Shown here piece after piece: positions 9,247 to 19,600 of a stretch of 64,000 nucleotides of DNA (positions within the stretch are counted from its first letter, which is position 1; each line of letters begins with the position of its first letter). The notes beneath the pieces were generated by a model that did not search any database, was not told where the DNA came from, and was given only the letters and a program-made list of their open reading frames with translations. Position numbers and translations under genes: made by a program. Origin of the DNA: Actinomycetes bacterium (lineage in GTDB: Bacteria > Actinomycetota > Actinomycetes > Streptosporangiales > Streptosporangiaceae); the NCBI GenBank assembly GCA_025964575.1, contig JAOPYO010000237.1, positions 3,855-67,854 of the forward strand. The letters run 5' to 3'.

Positions 9247-11199
9247 TCAGCTCGCCCGACGGCGTACCCGCAGGTAGTCGCTGACGACGTACTCGCCGAG
9301 CCGGTCGGCCGCGGGCGCGAACACCCGGCCGCCGTTGCGCCGGGCGACCTCTTCCACGAAGGACACCAGCCGCCGGTCTTCGGCCAGCATGAAGACGTTC
9401 AAGGTGGCTCCCCGCCGGGTCATCTTGTCCACCTCGGCCAGGGTCATTGTCACTGTCTCCGGTGACGGCGGGTAGTCGAAGAGCGAGCGGCCGTCCGGGA
9501 GCAGGTGCGCGGTCGGCTCACCATCGGTGACCACCAGCACGATCGGCTCGAAGTCCGGGTGCTGATCCAGATGGCGCCCGGCGATCATCAGCGCATGGTG
9601 CAGATTGGTGCCCTGCACCATGTCCCAGTCCAACCCGGCCATCTCGGTCGTGTGCAGGACCCGGGCATAGTTGGAGAAGCCGATGATCTGGATGGCGTCC
9701 TGCGGATACTTGGTGGAGACCAGTGCGTGCAGGGCCAGTGCGGTCTGCTTGGCCGCACCCCAGGTGCCGCGCAGCACCATCGAGTACGACAGGTCCACCA
9801 GCAGGCACACTGCGGCAGCCGTACGACGTTCGGTCTCGAGCACCTCGAAGTCGTCCACCTCGAGCGTGATGCGAGGGGCACGGGCGCCCCTCCGGACCGC
9901 ATTGCCGAGCGTACGGACCACGTCGATCGGCTGCTCGTCACCGAACCGCCATTCCCGGCTGGCCCCGGTGAGCTCGCCCGCCTGGCCCGCGTCCCGCTGA
10001 TCATGGTCGCCGCGACGACCGGCCTCCAGCTGTGAGAACACCCGCCGCAACGCGGTCTCGCCGAGCCTGCGCACGGCCTTGGGGGTCAGTTCGAGCCCGC
10101 CACCCTTACGGCGCAGATATCCCTGGCGTTCCAGCTCCGCCTCGATGCGACGCAGCCCGGCCAGATCGTCGACCGCCTGGCGGCCGAGCGCCCGGCGGAT
10201 CGCCTCCTCGTCTATGTCGTCCATCCGCGCCCCGGGATAGTCCTGGCCCAGGGCGGCCTCGAGATCGGCCAGGTCGGCGAGCTCGGCCAGCGCGGTGGTC
10301 GCGTCGCCCATGCCGAGAGGGTCATCGCCGGTCATGTGCTCGGGACTGCCCCAATCCAGGTCGGGGCGGCGCCCGTGCAATGCGTCGGAGAGCCGTGACA
10401 TCTCCAGCGCCAGACCCGCGTCCTCCAGCGTCTGCTCCATGAGCGCGGACAGCTCCGCGCGCTGATCGGGGGTCAGCGACGCCATCAGCCGGTTCATGGC
10501 CGCCGCCCGCCGGGCCAGCGAGTCGACGAGCTCCTCCAGATTCTGCGGGTCGTCGGGGAAGAAGTCGCCGTACTCCCGCATGAACTGCTCGAAGTCCTCC
10601 TGCGTGTGCTCGCCGCGCGCGTCTCTTTCGAGCATGGTGTTGAGCGCGCCCATCATCTCCTTGACCCGCTCCATGGCCTGCGGATCCTGGTTCTGGAGGG
10701 CCTCGCGCATACCGCGGAACTGGGAGTCCAGAACGTCCCGGCGGAGCAGGTTCTTGAGCTCTTCGAAGGTCTGACGGGCCTGCGGAGAACGCCAGTCATA
10801 GTCCGTCAGCCGCCGAATGGCCTGCGAGGTGTCGCCGGGAAGGGTGTCGAGCTCCGCCTCGCGCATCCGGGCTTCGTCATCGGGATCGGGGAACAGAGCT
10901 GCCCGCTCCTGCCCGATCGCCTTGTCCAGCAGTGCCCGCGCCTGCTCGAGGGTTCCGTCCAGCCGCCCCTGGCCGCGCAGACTCCGGCGGCGTTCACGCA
11001 CCTGGCGAAGGAGATCGTCCAGCCCGCGCCGCCGGTCGCCTCCCGGCAGACCACGGCGGAGCAGGTCGCGCAGCGCCTCGGCGGGCTCGGTGCCGTCGAG
11101 GACCGCGTCGCCCATCTCGTCGAGGGCGGTCCGTACGTCGTACGGTGGCGCCAGCGGATCCGGTCCCTCGCTATAGGACCCATACCTGTAGCGACTCAT
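9247..11199 (-). CDS. von Willebrand factor A (vWA) domain protein, partner of the upstream AAA+ ATPase
   Basis: 650 aa with a long helical Arg/Glu-rich N-terminal part. The C-terminal vWA domain carries the MIDAS motif VDLSYSM. The RBS GGAGAGAAGGTGG lies upstream of the ATG at 11199. Confidence 0.85.
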   Translation of the reverse strand: MSRYRYGSYSEGPDPLAPPYDVRTALDEMGDAVLDGTEPAEALRDLLRRGLPGGDRRRGLDDLLRQVRERRRSLRGQGRLDGTLEQARALLDKAIGQERAALFPDPDDEARMREAELDTLPGDTSQAIRRLTDYDWRSPQARQTFEELKNLLRRDVLDSQFRGMREALQNQDPQAMERVKEMMGALNTMLERDARGEHTQEDFEQFMREYGDFFPDDPQNLEELVDSLARRAAAMNRLMASLTPDQRAELSALMEQTLEDAGLALEMSRLSDALHGRRPDLDWGSPEHMTGDDPLGMGDATTALAELADLADLEAALGQDYPGARMDDIDEEAIRRALGRQAVDDLAGLRRIEAELERQGYLRRKGGGLELTPKAVRRLGETALRRVFSQLEAGRRGDHDQRDAGQAGELTGASREWRFGDEQPIDVVRTLGNAVRRGARAPRITLEVDDFEVLETERRTAAAVCLLVDLSYSMVLRGTWGAAKQTALALHALVSTKYPQDAIQIIGFSNYARVLHTTEMAGLDWDMVQGTNLHHALMIAGRHLDQHPDFEPIVLVVTDGEPTAHLLPDGRSLFDYPPSPETVTMTLAEVDKMTRRGATLNVFMLAEDRRLVSFVEEVARRNGGRVFAPAADRLGEYVVSDYLRVRRRAS

Positions 11200-11219
11200 A
11201 CGAGCCCCCCACCTTCTCT

Positions 11220-11268
11220 CCTTCCGTGATCATGCAATCAGTCGATGACGACTGCATGATCACGAAGG
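11220..11268. repeat. Extragenic palindrome, CGTGATCATGCA family (copy A)
   Basis: CCTTCCGTGATCATGCA-(16 nt)-TGCATGATCACGAAGG gives 16 bp of pairing with one bulged C. It sits between the AAA+ stop and the vWA RBS. Confidence 0.8.
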
Positions 11269-11274
11269 GTTGTG

Positions 11275-12693
11275 TCATGTTCGGTAGGTGCCGGTGTCGT
11301 CCTTGGACAGGCGGCGGGTGAGGAAGAGGCCCTCGAGGGCGAACTCCAGTGCGGCAGCGGCCTGCCCTGGGGACTCTCCGGTCAGGCCGAGCCGTTCCAT
11401 GATCTTCGCCAGGCCGGGTACCTTACCGATGCGGTGCAGCAGTTCGGGCGCGGCGATGAGCTCGCCGGACTCGACGGTCTCGCCGGAGTCGAACTTGTCG
11501 AGCAGCCCGGTGAGGTCGGCAGGCCCCAGCGTGTGCCGGTAGGTCTCGGCAGTGGCCCGCCGCAACAGGTGCTCCAGCACCTCCTGCTCACGGCCCTCCT
11601 CGCTGACCTCGAACTCCACCTTGCCGAGCAGGGTCGGCACCACGGCGGGCAGGTCGCAGACTCGCGCCACCGGGTTCTCCTCGCCGGTGAGCGCCGCCCG
11701 CCGTACGGCTCCGGCCGCGACGGTCTCCGCTCCGGCGATGGCGAACCGGGCGGACACCCCGGAACGGGAGTCCACTGCGGTCGACTCACGGACCAGCCTG
11801 GTGAACCGGCCGATGATCTCGAGGAGGTGATCGGGCACTTCCGCGCCCAGATCCACGAGCCCTGCCTCCTGGCGGATCAGCTCCAGCTCCGTGGAGTGCT
11901 CGAGCGGATAGTGGGTGCGGATCTCGGCGCCGAACCGGTCCTTCAGCGGGGTGATGATGCGGCCCCGATTGGTGTAGTCCTCGGGGTTGGCGCTGGCCAC
12001 CAGCAGCACGTCCAGCGGTAGCCGCAGTGCATACCCGCGGATCTGGATGTCGCGCTCCTCGAGCACGTTCAGCAGCGCCACCTGGATGCGTTCGGCCAGG
12101 TCGGGGAGCTCGTTGATGGAGAAGATCCCCCGGTTGGTGCGCGGCACCAGGCCGAAATGGACCGTCTCCGGGTCGCCGAGGGTCCGGCCCTCGGCCACCT
12201 TGATCGGGTCAATGTCGCCGATCAGGTCACCGACGCTGGTGTCCGGCGTGGCCAGCTTCTCGCCGTACCGTTCGCTGCGGTGCTTCCAGGAGACCGGCAG
12301 CGCGTCGCCAAGTTCTGCCGCGAGCCGACGGCAGCGCACGCAGACCGGCTCGTAGGGGTGGTCGTTGATCTCACAGCCGTCGATGACCGGCGTCCACTCG
12401 TCGAGCAGTCCGACCAGGGTGCGGATCAGCCGGGTCTTGCCCTGGCCGCGTTCCCCCAGAAGGACGAGGTCATGCCCGGCGATCAGCGCGCGCTCCAGGT
12501 GGGGGAGCACGGTGTCGTCGAACCCGACGATCCCCGGAAAGCGGTTCTCCCCGGATCTCAGCCGGGTCAGAAGGTTGTGCCGTAGCTCGGCCTTGACGGA
12601 GCGCTGCACGTGGCCGCTCGTTCGCAGCTCACTCAGCGTGGTCTCTTGAGGTTTGGAATCACGCACGGGTTCGACCCTACGTCGCTGATGCAC
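11275..12693 (-). CDS. AAA+ ATPase, BchI/ChlI (Mg-chelatase)-like / sigma-54-interaction-type
   Basis: Walker A GERGQGKT and a Walker B-like FSINELPDL are present, with C-terminal helical domains. The start is GTG; the N-terminus is uncertain by about 10 codons. Confidence 0.85.
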   Translation of the reverse strand: MHQRRRVEPVRDSKPQETTLSELRTSGHVQRSVKAELRHNLLTRLRSGENRFPGIVGFDDTVLPHLERALIAGHDLVLLGERGQGKTRLIRTLVGLLDEWTPVIDGCEINDHPYEPVCVRCRRLAAELGDALPVSWKHRSERYGEKLATPDTSVGDLIGDIDPIKVAEGRTLGDPETVHFGLVPRTNRGIFSINELPDLAERIQVALLNVLEERDIQIRGYALRLPLDVLLVASANPEDYTNRGRIITPLKDRFGAEIRTHYPLEHSTELELIRQEAGLVDLGAEVPDHLLEIIGRFTRLVRESTAVDSRSGVSARFAIAGAETVAAGAVRRAALTGEENPVARVCDLPAVVPTLLGKVEFEVSEEGREQEVLEHLLRRATAETYRHTLGPADLTGLLDKFDSGETVESGELIAAPELLHRIGKVPGLAKIMERLGLTGESPGQAAAALEFALEGLFLTRRLSKDDTGTYRT

Positions 12694-12909
12694 GCACTTG
12701 CACCTGGACCTGCCGCCATCTGGTCACCCTGGTGCACGAAGAGGCCCAAAGAATGCGACATATCGCCTATTCGGGGGTCAACTCATACGGCAGTAGTGTC
12801 AATATCACGGTCCGAGACGGGAGAATGGAACCGGCGGGGCAGGTCCTCGCATGGCTCCCGGATTCCAGGGGACCGACAGTAGACGGACGACGAGGATGAG
12901 GGGGACGCC

Positions 12910-14094
12910 GTGGCTCGGTTCGGTGATGGGCTGGCGCTCGGCCCGGATCTCCTGAGCGCGGCGGAGTCGGCGGTACGGCAGGCGGTGGCGCCCCTGGCCG
13001 GCCGTCCCGACCTGGTGTGCGTGTTCGTCACCGGCGATGACCCCGACGAGGTCGAAGAAGCGGCCCGGCGCGCGATGGCGGTCGCGAACGCCCGCGCGGT
13101 CCTCGGCTGCAGCGCCAGTGGAGTGATCGGCGGCGGCCGGGGGGTCGAGGAGGTCAGCGCGGTGAGCGTGTGGGCCGCGGTGCTCCCCGGCGCACGGTTG
13201 GAGCCGTTCCGCTTGGAGACACTCCGGACCGAGGACCGGCTCGTCGTGGTCGGCATGCCAGAGGGCCAGGACGACGACGTGGTGGGCGTGCTGCTCGCTG
13301 ACCCGTTCAGCTTCCCGGTGGACGCGTTCGTGGAGCGATCTGGGGAGGTGCTGCCCGGTCTGCCACTGGTCGGGGGCCTCGCGGGCGGCGAGGATCGGGG
13401 CTCGACCAGACTGTTCGTGGACGACGAGGTCTTCGACTCGGGAGCGGTGGGCGTGGTGATCGGCGGGCCGGTCACCGCCATGACCCTGGTCAGCCAGGGC
13501 GCCCGGCCGATCGGCCCGGACATGGTCGTGACCAGGGCCGACGAGAACGTGCTGTACGAACTGGCCGGTGCGCCCGCACTCGACAAGCTCGAGCAGATCG
13601 TCGCCGGGCTGCCCGAGGACGATCAGGAGCTGGCGGCCAAGGGCCTGTTGATCGGCGTGGCGATGAACGAGTACGCCGAGGAGCACGAGCAGGGTGATTT
13701 CCTGGTCCGTGGTGTCGTCGGCGCCGACACCGACACCGGTGCGATCGCCATCGGCGATGTGGTGGAGGTCGGCAGGACGGTCCGCTTCCAGGTGCGCGAC
13801 GCCGGTGCTGCCGACGACGACCTGGCGGAGCTGCTGGCACGGTTCGAGGTCGGCCCGGTCGAGGGCGCGCTGCTGTTCTCGTGCAACGGCCGAGGGCGGG
13901 CGATGTTCCCCAACTCTGACCATGATGTACGGGTCGTACGGCGCACGCTCGGCGCGGGAGGAGTGGGTGGATTCTTCGCGGCGGGGGAGATCGGCCCGGT
14001 GGGCGGCCGCAACCACGTGCACGGGTTCACCGCGTCGATCTTGGCCTTCGGGGAGGCCACCGACCATGGTGCGGGGGGAAACGGCGATGAGTGA
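12910..14094 (+). CDS. FIST N/C domain-containing sensor-like protein
   Basis: 394 aa. The architecture (PDLVCVFVTGDD..., LGCSASGVIGGG..., ALLFSCNGRG) matches my recollection of FIST_N/FIST_C proteins. The start is GTG. Confidence 0.75.
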   Translation: MARFGDGLALGPDLLSAAESAVRQAVAPLAGRPDLVCVFVTGDDPDEVEEAARRAMAVANARAVLGCSASGVIGGGRGVEEVSAVSVWAAVLPGARLEPFRLETLRTEDRLVVVGMPEGQDDDVVGVLLADPFSFPVDAFVERSGEVLPGLPLVGGLAGGEDRGSTRLFVDDEVFDSGAVGVVIGGPVTAMTLVSQGARPIGPDMVVTRADENVLYELAGAPALDKLEQIVAGLPEDDQELAAKGLLIGVAMNEYAEEHEQGDFLVRGVVGADTDTGAIAIGDVVEVGRTVRFQVRDAGAADDDLAELLARFEVGPVEGALLFSCNGRGRAMFPNSDHDVRVVRRTLGAGGVGGFFAAGEIGPVGGRNHVHGFTASILAFGEATDHGAGGNGDE

Positions 14095-15040
14095 CGAACG
14101 GCCGGTGCTGGCGATCGACATCGGGAGCGCCAAGCTCGCGGCGGGCCTGGTGGAACCCGGCGGCAGGATCTTCGGCTACGAGCGGACCGAGACGGTGGCT
14201 GGCTGCCAGCCCGACGCCGATGGGCTCTGGCACACGCTGGAGTCGATGCTCGACAAACTGCTCGCCGACAACGGACATCCTGAGCTCGCAGGGGTGGGCG
14301 TGGGCTGCGGCGGCCCCATGACCTGGCCGGCAGGCGAGGCGTCGCCGTTGAACATTCCCGCCTGGAAGGCCTTCCCGTTGCGGGAACTGCTCCGGGAACG
14401 CTATCCCGGTCTGCCCTTGCGGGTGCACAATGACGCGGTCTGTGTAGCCGTCGGCGAGCACTGGCGCGGCGCGGGCCGTGGCGCCGACAGTGTCCTCGGC
14501 ATGGTGGTGTCCAACGGTGTCGGCGGCGGGCTCATTCTCGGCGGGCACTTGATCGACGGGGCGAGCGGCAACGCCGGCCACATCGGCCACGTCATCGTCG
14601 ACCCCGACGGTCCTGACTGCGTCTGCGGTGGCAGGGGTTGCCTGGAGGCCATCGCCCGGGGCCCCGCGCTGGTCGCCTGGGCTCAGGGACAGGGCTGGCG
14701 CCCGGGCATGCCCAAGGTGACCAGCGTGGATCTGGCCGACGACGCCCGGCGCGGGCACCCCGTCGCGATCGCCGCGATGCAGCGGGCGGGGCGAGCGCTC
14801 GGGATCGCGATCGTCTCGGCCACCCATCTGCTGGATCTCGAGGTGGTCTCGGTCGGGGGTGGGCTCTCCCAGGCCGGACCGCTGCTGTTCGACCCGCTGG
14901 ACGAGGCGTTCCGCGCGCATGCCCACATGGAATACGCCCGGCAGGTACGGGTCGTACCTGCCGCCCTCGGCCAGACCGCCGGCCTGATCGGCGCCGCCGC
15001 CCTGGTCTTCGCTGGTGACCGCTATTGGAACGGCGACTGA
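14087..15040 (+). CDS. ROK family sugar kinase (no N-terminal HTH)
   Basis: ATG at 14087 overlaps the FIST stop by 8 nt. LAIDIGSAKLAAGLV is the ATPase phosphate-1 motif and CVCGGRGCLE is the ROK zinc motif. Confidence 0.85.
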   Translation: MSDERPVLAIDIGSAKLAAGLVEPGGRIFGYERTETVAGCQPDADGLWHTLESMLDKLLADNGHPELAGVGVGCGGPMTWPAGEASPLNIPAWKAFPLRELLRERYPGLPLRVHNDAVCVAVGEHWRGAGRGADSVLGMVVSNGVGGGLILGGHLIDGASGNAGHIGHVIVDPDGPDCVCGGRGCLEAIARGPALVAWAQGQGWRPGMPKVTSVDLADDARRGHPVAIAAMQRAGRALGIAIVSATHLLDLEVVSVGGGLSQAGPLLFDPLDEAFRAHAHMEYARQVRVVPAALGQTAGLIGAAALVFAGDRYWNGD

Positions 15041-15140
15041 TCCGCGTTTGTAAGTAGTCGTTCAGCCGGTTCTCATATTGCGTTGAGCTGGGACTGTCAA
15101 GCTGCTGCCGATATGTCTCTCTCGGTGCAGGAGTGCTTTT

Positions 15141-16604
15141 GTGACTGTCGACGCCCCGCCTCGACCGCAGTCGAGCAGCATCGCGGGGCGTGACCTCCGC
15201 TCCTGGGGTGGGCTCGTCGTTCCGGCGCTGACCGGGCTGCTCGCGGGTCTGTGGGGGATCGGTTCGCCGTCCTATTGGCGGGATGAGGCCGCCACGCTGG
15301 AAGTGGCCAGGTTTTCGCTCCCGGACACGTTTCATGTGCTGTCCCATGTCGACGCGGTGCACGGTGCCTACTACCTGTTCATGCACGTCGTGGTGGGGTT
15401 TCTGGGCGGGGGTGAGACGGCCACCCGGCTTCCGTCGGTGCTGGCCGCCGGGGCGGCGGCGGCGGGTACGGCGGCGCTGGGACGCAGGTTGGCGGGCCCG
15501 TCGACGGGGCTGGTCGCGGGCCTGATCGTCGCTCTGTCCCCGACCGTGACCCGATACGCCCAGGAGGCTCGGTCCTACACCATCGTCATGGCGCTGGCGG
15601 TCCTGGCGACCTTCCTGTTCGTTCGCGCGCTGGACATGCGCACCCGGCAGGCATTCGCCGCTTATGCCGTCGCAATGGCCGCCGTGGTCCTGGTCCACGG
15701 CTTCGCGCTGCTGCTGCTCCCGGTGCACGCGCTCGTCCTGTGGAGGCAGGAGCGCATGATCGTACGGCGTTGGGTGATGGGCGCGGGGGCCGCACTGGTC
15801 GTCGACGCGCCGCTCTTCGCCGTGGACCAGCGCCAGAGCCACGCCATCTCCTGGATCGCCGTGCCGACGCTGACCGATGTCCGCCTCCTGGTCGAATCCT
15901 TCGCCGGGTCGGCGTGGCTGATCGCACCCGTCTTGGTCTTGATCGGGTTCGGACTGTGGCGGCGCCGATCCCCGGATACCCCTGTGGACCTGCGACTTCT
16001 CGCGGTCGCTTGGGCCCTGGTGCCGCCCGTGCTGCTGCTCGGGATCTCCCTGGTCCACCCGGTGTACGTCTTCCGCTACGTACTCTTCTGTGTTCCTGCG
16101 CTGGCCCTGCTCGCGGCCGCGGGCCTCACCCGGTTGCCGCGGTGGCCTGCCGTCACGGTCGGCGTGCTTCTGGTCGCGCTTTCCATCCCTCAGCAACTGG
16201 CGGTACGCGGACAGGCCACCCGGCAGGACGACCTGCACCGGCTCGCGGTGATCTTGCGCGCCCACGAACGAACGGGAGACGCGGTGGTCTACTGCCGGGT
16301 CTCCTACCGTCACATCGCTGCCGCCTACCCGGATGTCTTCACGAACCTGCGCGACGTGGGCTTGCTGAAGCCCGCCGCCCAGGCCGGCAACCTCAACGGC
16401 GTTGAGGTCCCGTACCGGGAACTGTCCCTGCGCCTCAAGACCATCGAGCGGGTCTGGTTCATCAAGAACACGGGCTGCGCGAAGGCGGGCACCGGCTATG
16501 AGGCGGCCAAGCTGAGGCTGCTCAGCCGATCCAGCGGCCTCCGGCTGACCGGAACCTGGTCGTACCACGGAGGGCAGGCCTCTCTCTTCGAAAGGCGCGC
16601 ATAA
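15141..16604 (+). CDS. GT-C fold membrane glycosyltransferase (GT39/ArnT-like mannosyltransferase)
   Basis: Polytopic N-terminal part with YWRDEAATLEVAR and HGAYYLFMH motifs, plus a soluble C-terminal domain. The start is GTG. Confidence 0.75.
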   Translation: MTVDAPPRPQSSSIAGRDLRSWGGLVVPALTGLLAGLWGIGSPSYWRDEAATLEVARFSLPDTFHVLSHVDAVHGAYYLFMHVVVGFLGGGETATRLPSVLAAGAAAAGTAALGRRLAGPSTGLVAGLIVALSPTVTRYAQEARSYTIVMALAVLATFLFVRALDMRTRQAFAAYAVAMAAVVLVHGFALLLLPVHALVLWRQERMIVRRWVMGAGAALVVDAPLFAVDQRQSHAISWIAVPTLTDVRLLVESFAGSAWLIAPVLVLIGFGLWRRRSPDTPVDLRLLAVAWALVPPVLLLGISLVHPVYVFRYVLFCVPALALLAAAGLTRLPRWPAVTVGVLLVALSIPQQLAVRGQATRQDDLHRLAVILRAHERTGDAVVYCRVSYRHIAAAYPDVFTNLRDVGLLKPAAQAGNLNGVEVPYRELSLRLKTIERVWFIKNTGCAKAGTGYEAAKLRLLSRSSGLRLTGTWSYHGGQASLFERRA

Positions 16605-16640
16605 CCGGCAGCATCCCGATCTGGGGCGGAGCGCCCATCT

Positions 16641-19600
16641 TCAGGCGGTGAACAGCCGGTCCACCACGCGGGCCGCGGCGCACCCGTCGGCCACGGGGTG
16701 GAACTCCGAGATGAACCGGTCGTACGCCTGCCGGTGCGCGCCGGCGACCGTGTCGAGGTCGCGGAGGGCCTCGATCACGTCGTCGGAGGTGGCCAGCAGC
16801 GGGCCTGGGGCACGGGCCTCGAAGTCGAAGTAGAAGCCGCGCAGCTCGTCTCGGTATTCCTCCAGGTCGTAGGTGAAGAACAGCATCGGCCGACCGGTGC
16901 CCGCAAAGTCGAACATCGCCGACGAGTAGTCCGTGATGAGCACGTCGCTGACCAGATAGAGATCGGCGATGTCCGGATACGACGTCACGTTGATCACGAA
17001 GTCGCCGTACGCCGGGTCGTAGACGTCGTCGGCGATCAGATGGTGACCGCGCACCAGCACCACATGGTCCTCGCCCAGTTCCTTGCGCGCCCGCTGCAGA
17101 TCCAACCGCAGGTCGAAGCGGTAGCGGCCGCCGCCGTAGAACTGGTCGTCCCGCCAGGTCGGCGCGTACAGCACCACCTTCTTCCCCACGGGGATGCCCA
17201 ACCGGGCCCGCACGGAGGCGGCGAGCGCGGGCGCGGCGGCGGAGTGCAGGACGTCGTTGCGGGGGTATCCGGTCTCGAGGATCTCCCTGTCGAAGCGGAA
17301 CGCCTGGCGCAGGATCGGGGTGCTGAAGGGGTTGGGCGACAGCATCACGTCCCACTTGGCGACGTCCTCGGCCAGGTGGTCGAGATAGCTGCTGCCGCTG
17401 GCGAACCGCACCCGCTCGATGTCGAAGCCGATCCGCTTCAGCGGGGTGCCGTGCCAGGTCTGCAGATAGGTCTGTCCCTCGCGCTTGACGTAGCTCTTCG
17501 GCATGTCGTCATTGGTGATCAGATAGCGGGACCGGGCCAGCGCCTCGTAGTAGTCCCGGCTCCACTGGCGGACGACGGTCGCACCGGGCGGGGCCTGGGT
17601 CGAGGTGTCCCGGACCACCCACAGGTGCTCGCGGTCGTCGCCCCTGCGGCGCAGCTCATCGGCGATCGCGCGCGGGTTGTCGGCGCACTGCTTGCCCTTC
17701 CAGCTGATGAAGACCACCGAGTCGCGCAGCCGCAGCGACCGGTGCAGCGGATAGAACTTCTCCTGCAGCACGCGCTGGGCGTACGCTCCGCTTTCGCCGG
17801 GGGCGGAGTCGGCGCGGACCTCGATCACCGGGATGTCGAACTGCGAGCAGACGAACCGGAACCTCTTGTCGCCCAGAACCACCGGCTTCTCACCGAGCTC
17901 GGGCAGCCGGGCGTGGTCGAACTTGGTGTAGATCAGCCGGTCGTCGCCGAGCGGTTCCACCGGGCGGACCGTGATGTCCCAGGTGCCGTCCCGCAGCGAT
18001 GCTTTCAGGCCGTACGAGCTCGCCGCGGTCACCTTGAGCTCCACCGAAAAGCGGTCGCCATTCCGCACAAAAGGAAAGACGTGCAGGTCGCCGGCGCCCC
18101 GGCGCCGCAGCACGGTCTCCAGCGGACCAGGCCCCAGGTAGGAGCCGCGCAGCACCAGGTGCCCGTCCGCCGTCCACTCCTGGGTCTCGATCACCGGACG
18201 GAAGGTGCGTTCGGCGATGGCCAGGTTGCCGTCGCGGGTGTGCAGGATCGCGATCTCGCGGGCCCGGTAGGCGTACCGCCGCTCGGAGAGCGCGCCGGTG
18301 ACCGCGATGCGTATCGTCTCGGCACCACCGCGCCCGCCGTCCACACGCAGATACGTCTCCCAGTACGCATAGTCGCCCGCGACGGGCTCCTGGTCGAGCA
18401 GCCCGTCGAGAGGGACCCGGGCAGTGCAGCGGCCCTCGTTGACCGTCGCAGGGTAGGCGAGGGTCGTGGCGCCGTCCTGCAGTTTCACCACCAGCTCGGC
18501 GGTCGCCGCCCGGGGGAGGGGCCGGTCCAGTGCCGCCGTCAGAACGAGCTCGTCGCCGTCGAGGCGATAGCCGGTCGCCACCGCGTGCAGCCGGATCAAG
18601 CCGAGGTCCAACCGGTCCCCGACCCATCGGGCGAGCAGCCGGCTGCCCGGCCCCACCTCGGCGTACGGTGGCCGCTGCGGCCGGCCGCGGACCGGGGTGG
18701 TGAGCGGCGCCGAACGCCACAGCCCGCGACCGCGCACCACGGCGTGGCAGCGCCAGGTCTCGTCCGGGCGCCATCCGAACAAACGGAAGCGCCGGGGGTC
18801 GATGGTGCAGGTGAATCCGGCCCAGTCGTAGACGTAGCGGTCCTGGCCGGACCGGGCGGTGGCGTCGGGATGGTGCACCGAGCGCATTCGGACCAGGATC
18901 GGCGGCCGGAGCCGGCGCCGTGGACGCAGCACGAGGAACTTGGTGGTGTCCCGCCTGGCGCGCAGATCGCGGTACGGCACGTACGCCCGTCCGGCCACGT
19001 GCAGCCGCCCGTCCCGCCACTCGATCTCGTCCACTCGGGTGACCGGGGTGGTCTCGGCGACCGACAGCCGGAAGACCCGGTCCGGGATGCCCAGCTCGCC
19101 GCGGAAGGGCAGATCGGCGTAGAGACGTCCCCGGCGGCGTACGACGGACTCGGTGGGGCGGGTGCGCTCCCAGGCGAGCAACTCCAGTAGCTCGGGCATC
19201 AGCCGGCGCCGGGCCAGGTGGAACTTCAGCTTCTCCCGGGAGGTGAGGCCCCTGAGCGCGCTCGGATGCACCTGGTCGAGATAGCGGTTGACCAGGTCGA
19301 GGAAGACCTCGCGGTAGTCGTCGCCGACCCGGTGCAGTTCCCTGAAGTAGAGCGGCAGATCGTTGCCGACGGCCTTGCGCTGATGGAGACGGAGCAGCTT
19401 GGTGGAGGCGCGTTCTCTCAGGAAGGTGTCGATGGTCAGCAGTGCGCCGACCCGGTCCCGCAGGTTGGTGAGGCTGTCGCGGCGCTGGGTGATCGACAGG
19501 TTGGCGCCGACCCGTTCCCGCCAGTGATAGATCGTCTCGGTGATGACGTCCGCTCGCCGCGCGAGGCAGTGGATCCGGATGGCCAGTTGGATGTCCTCGT

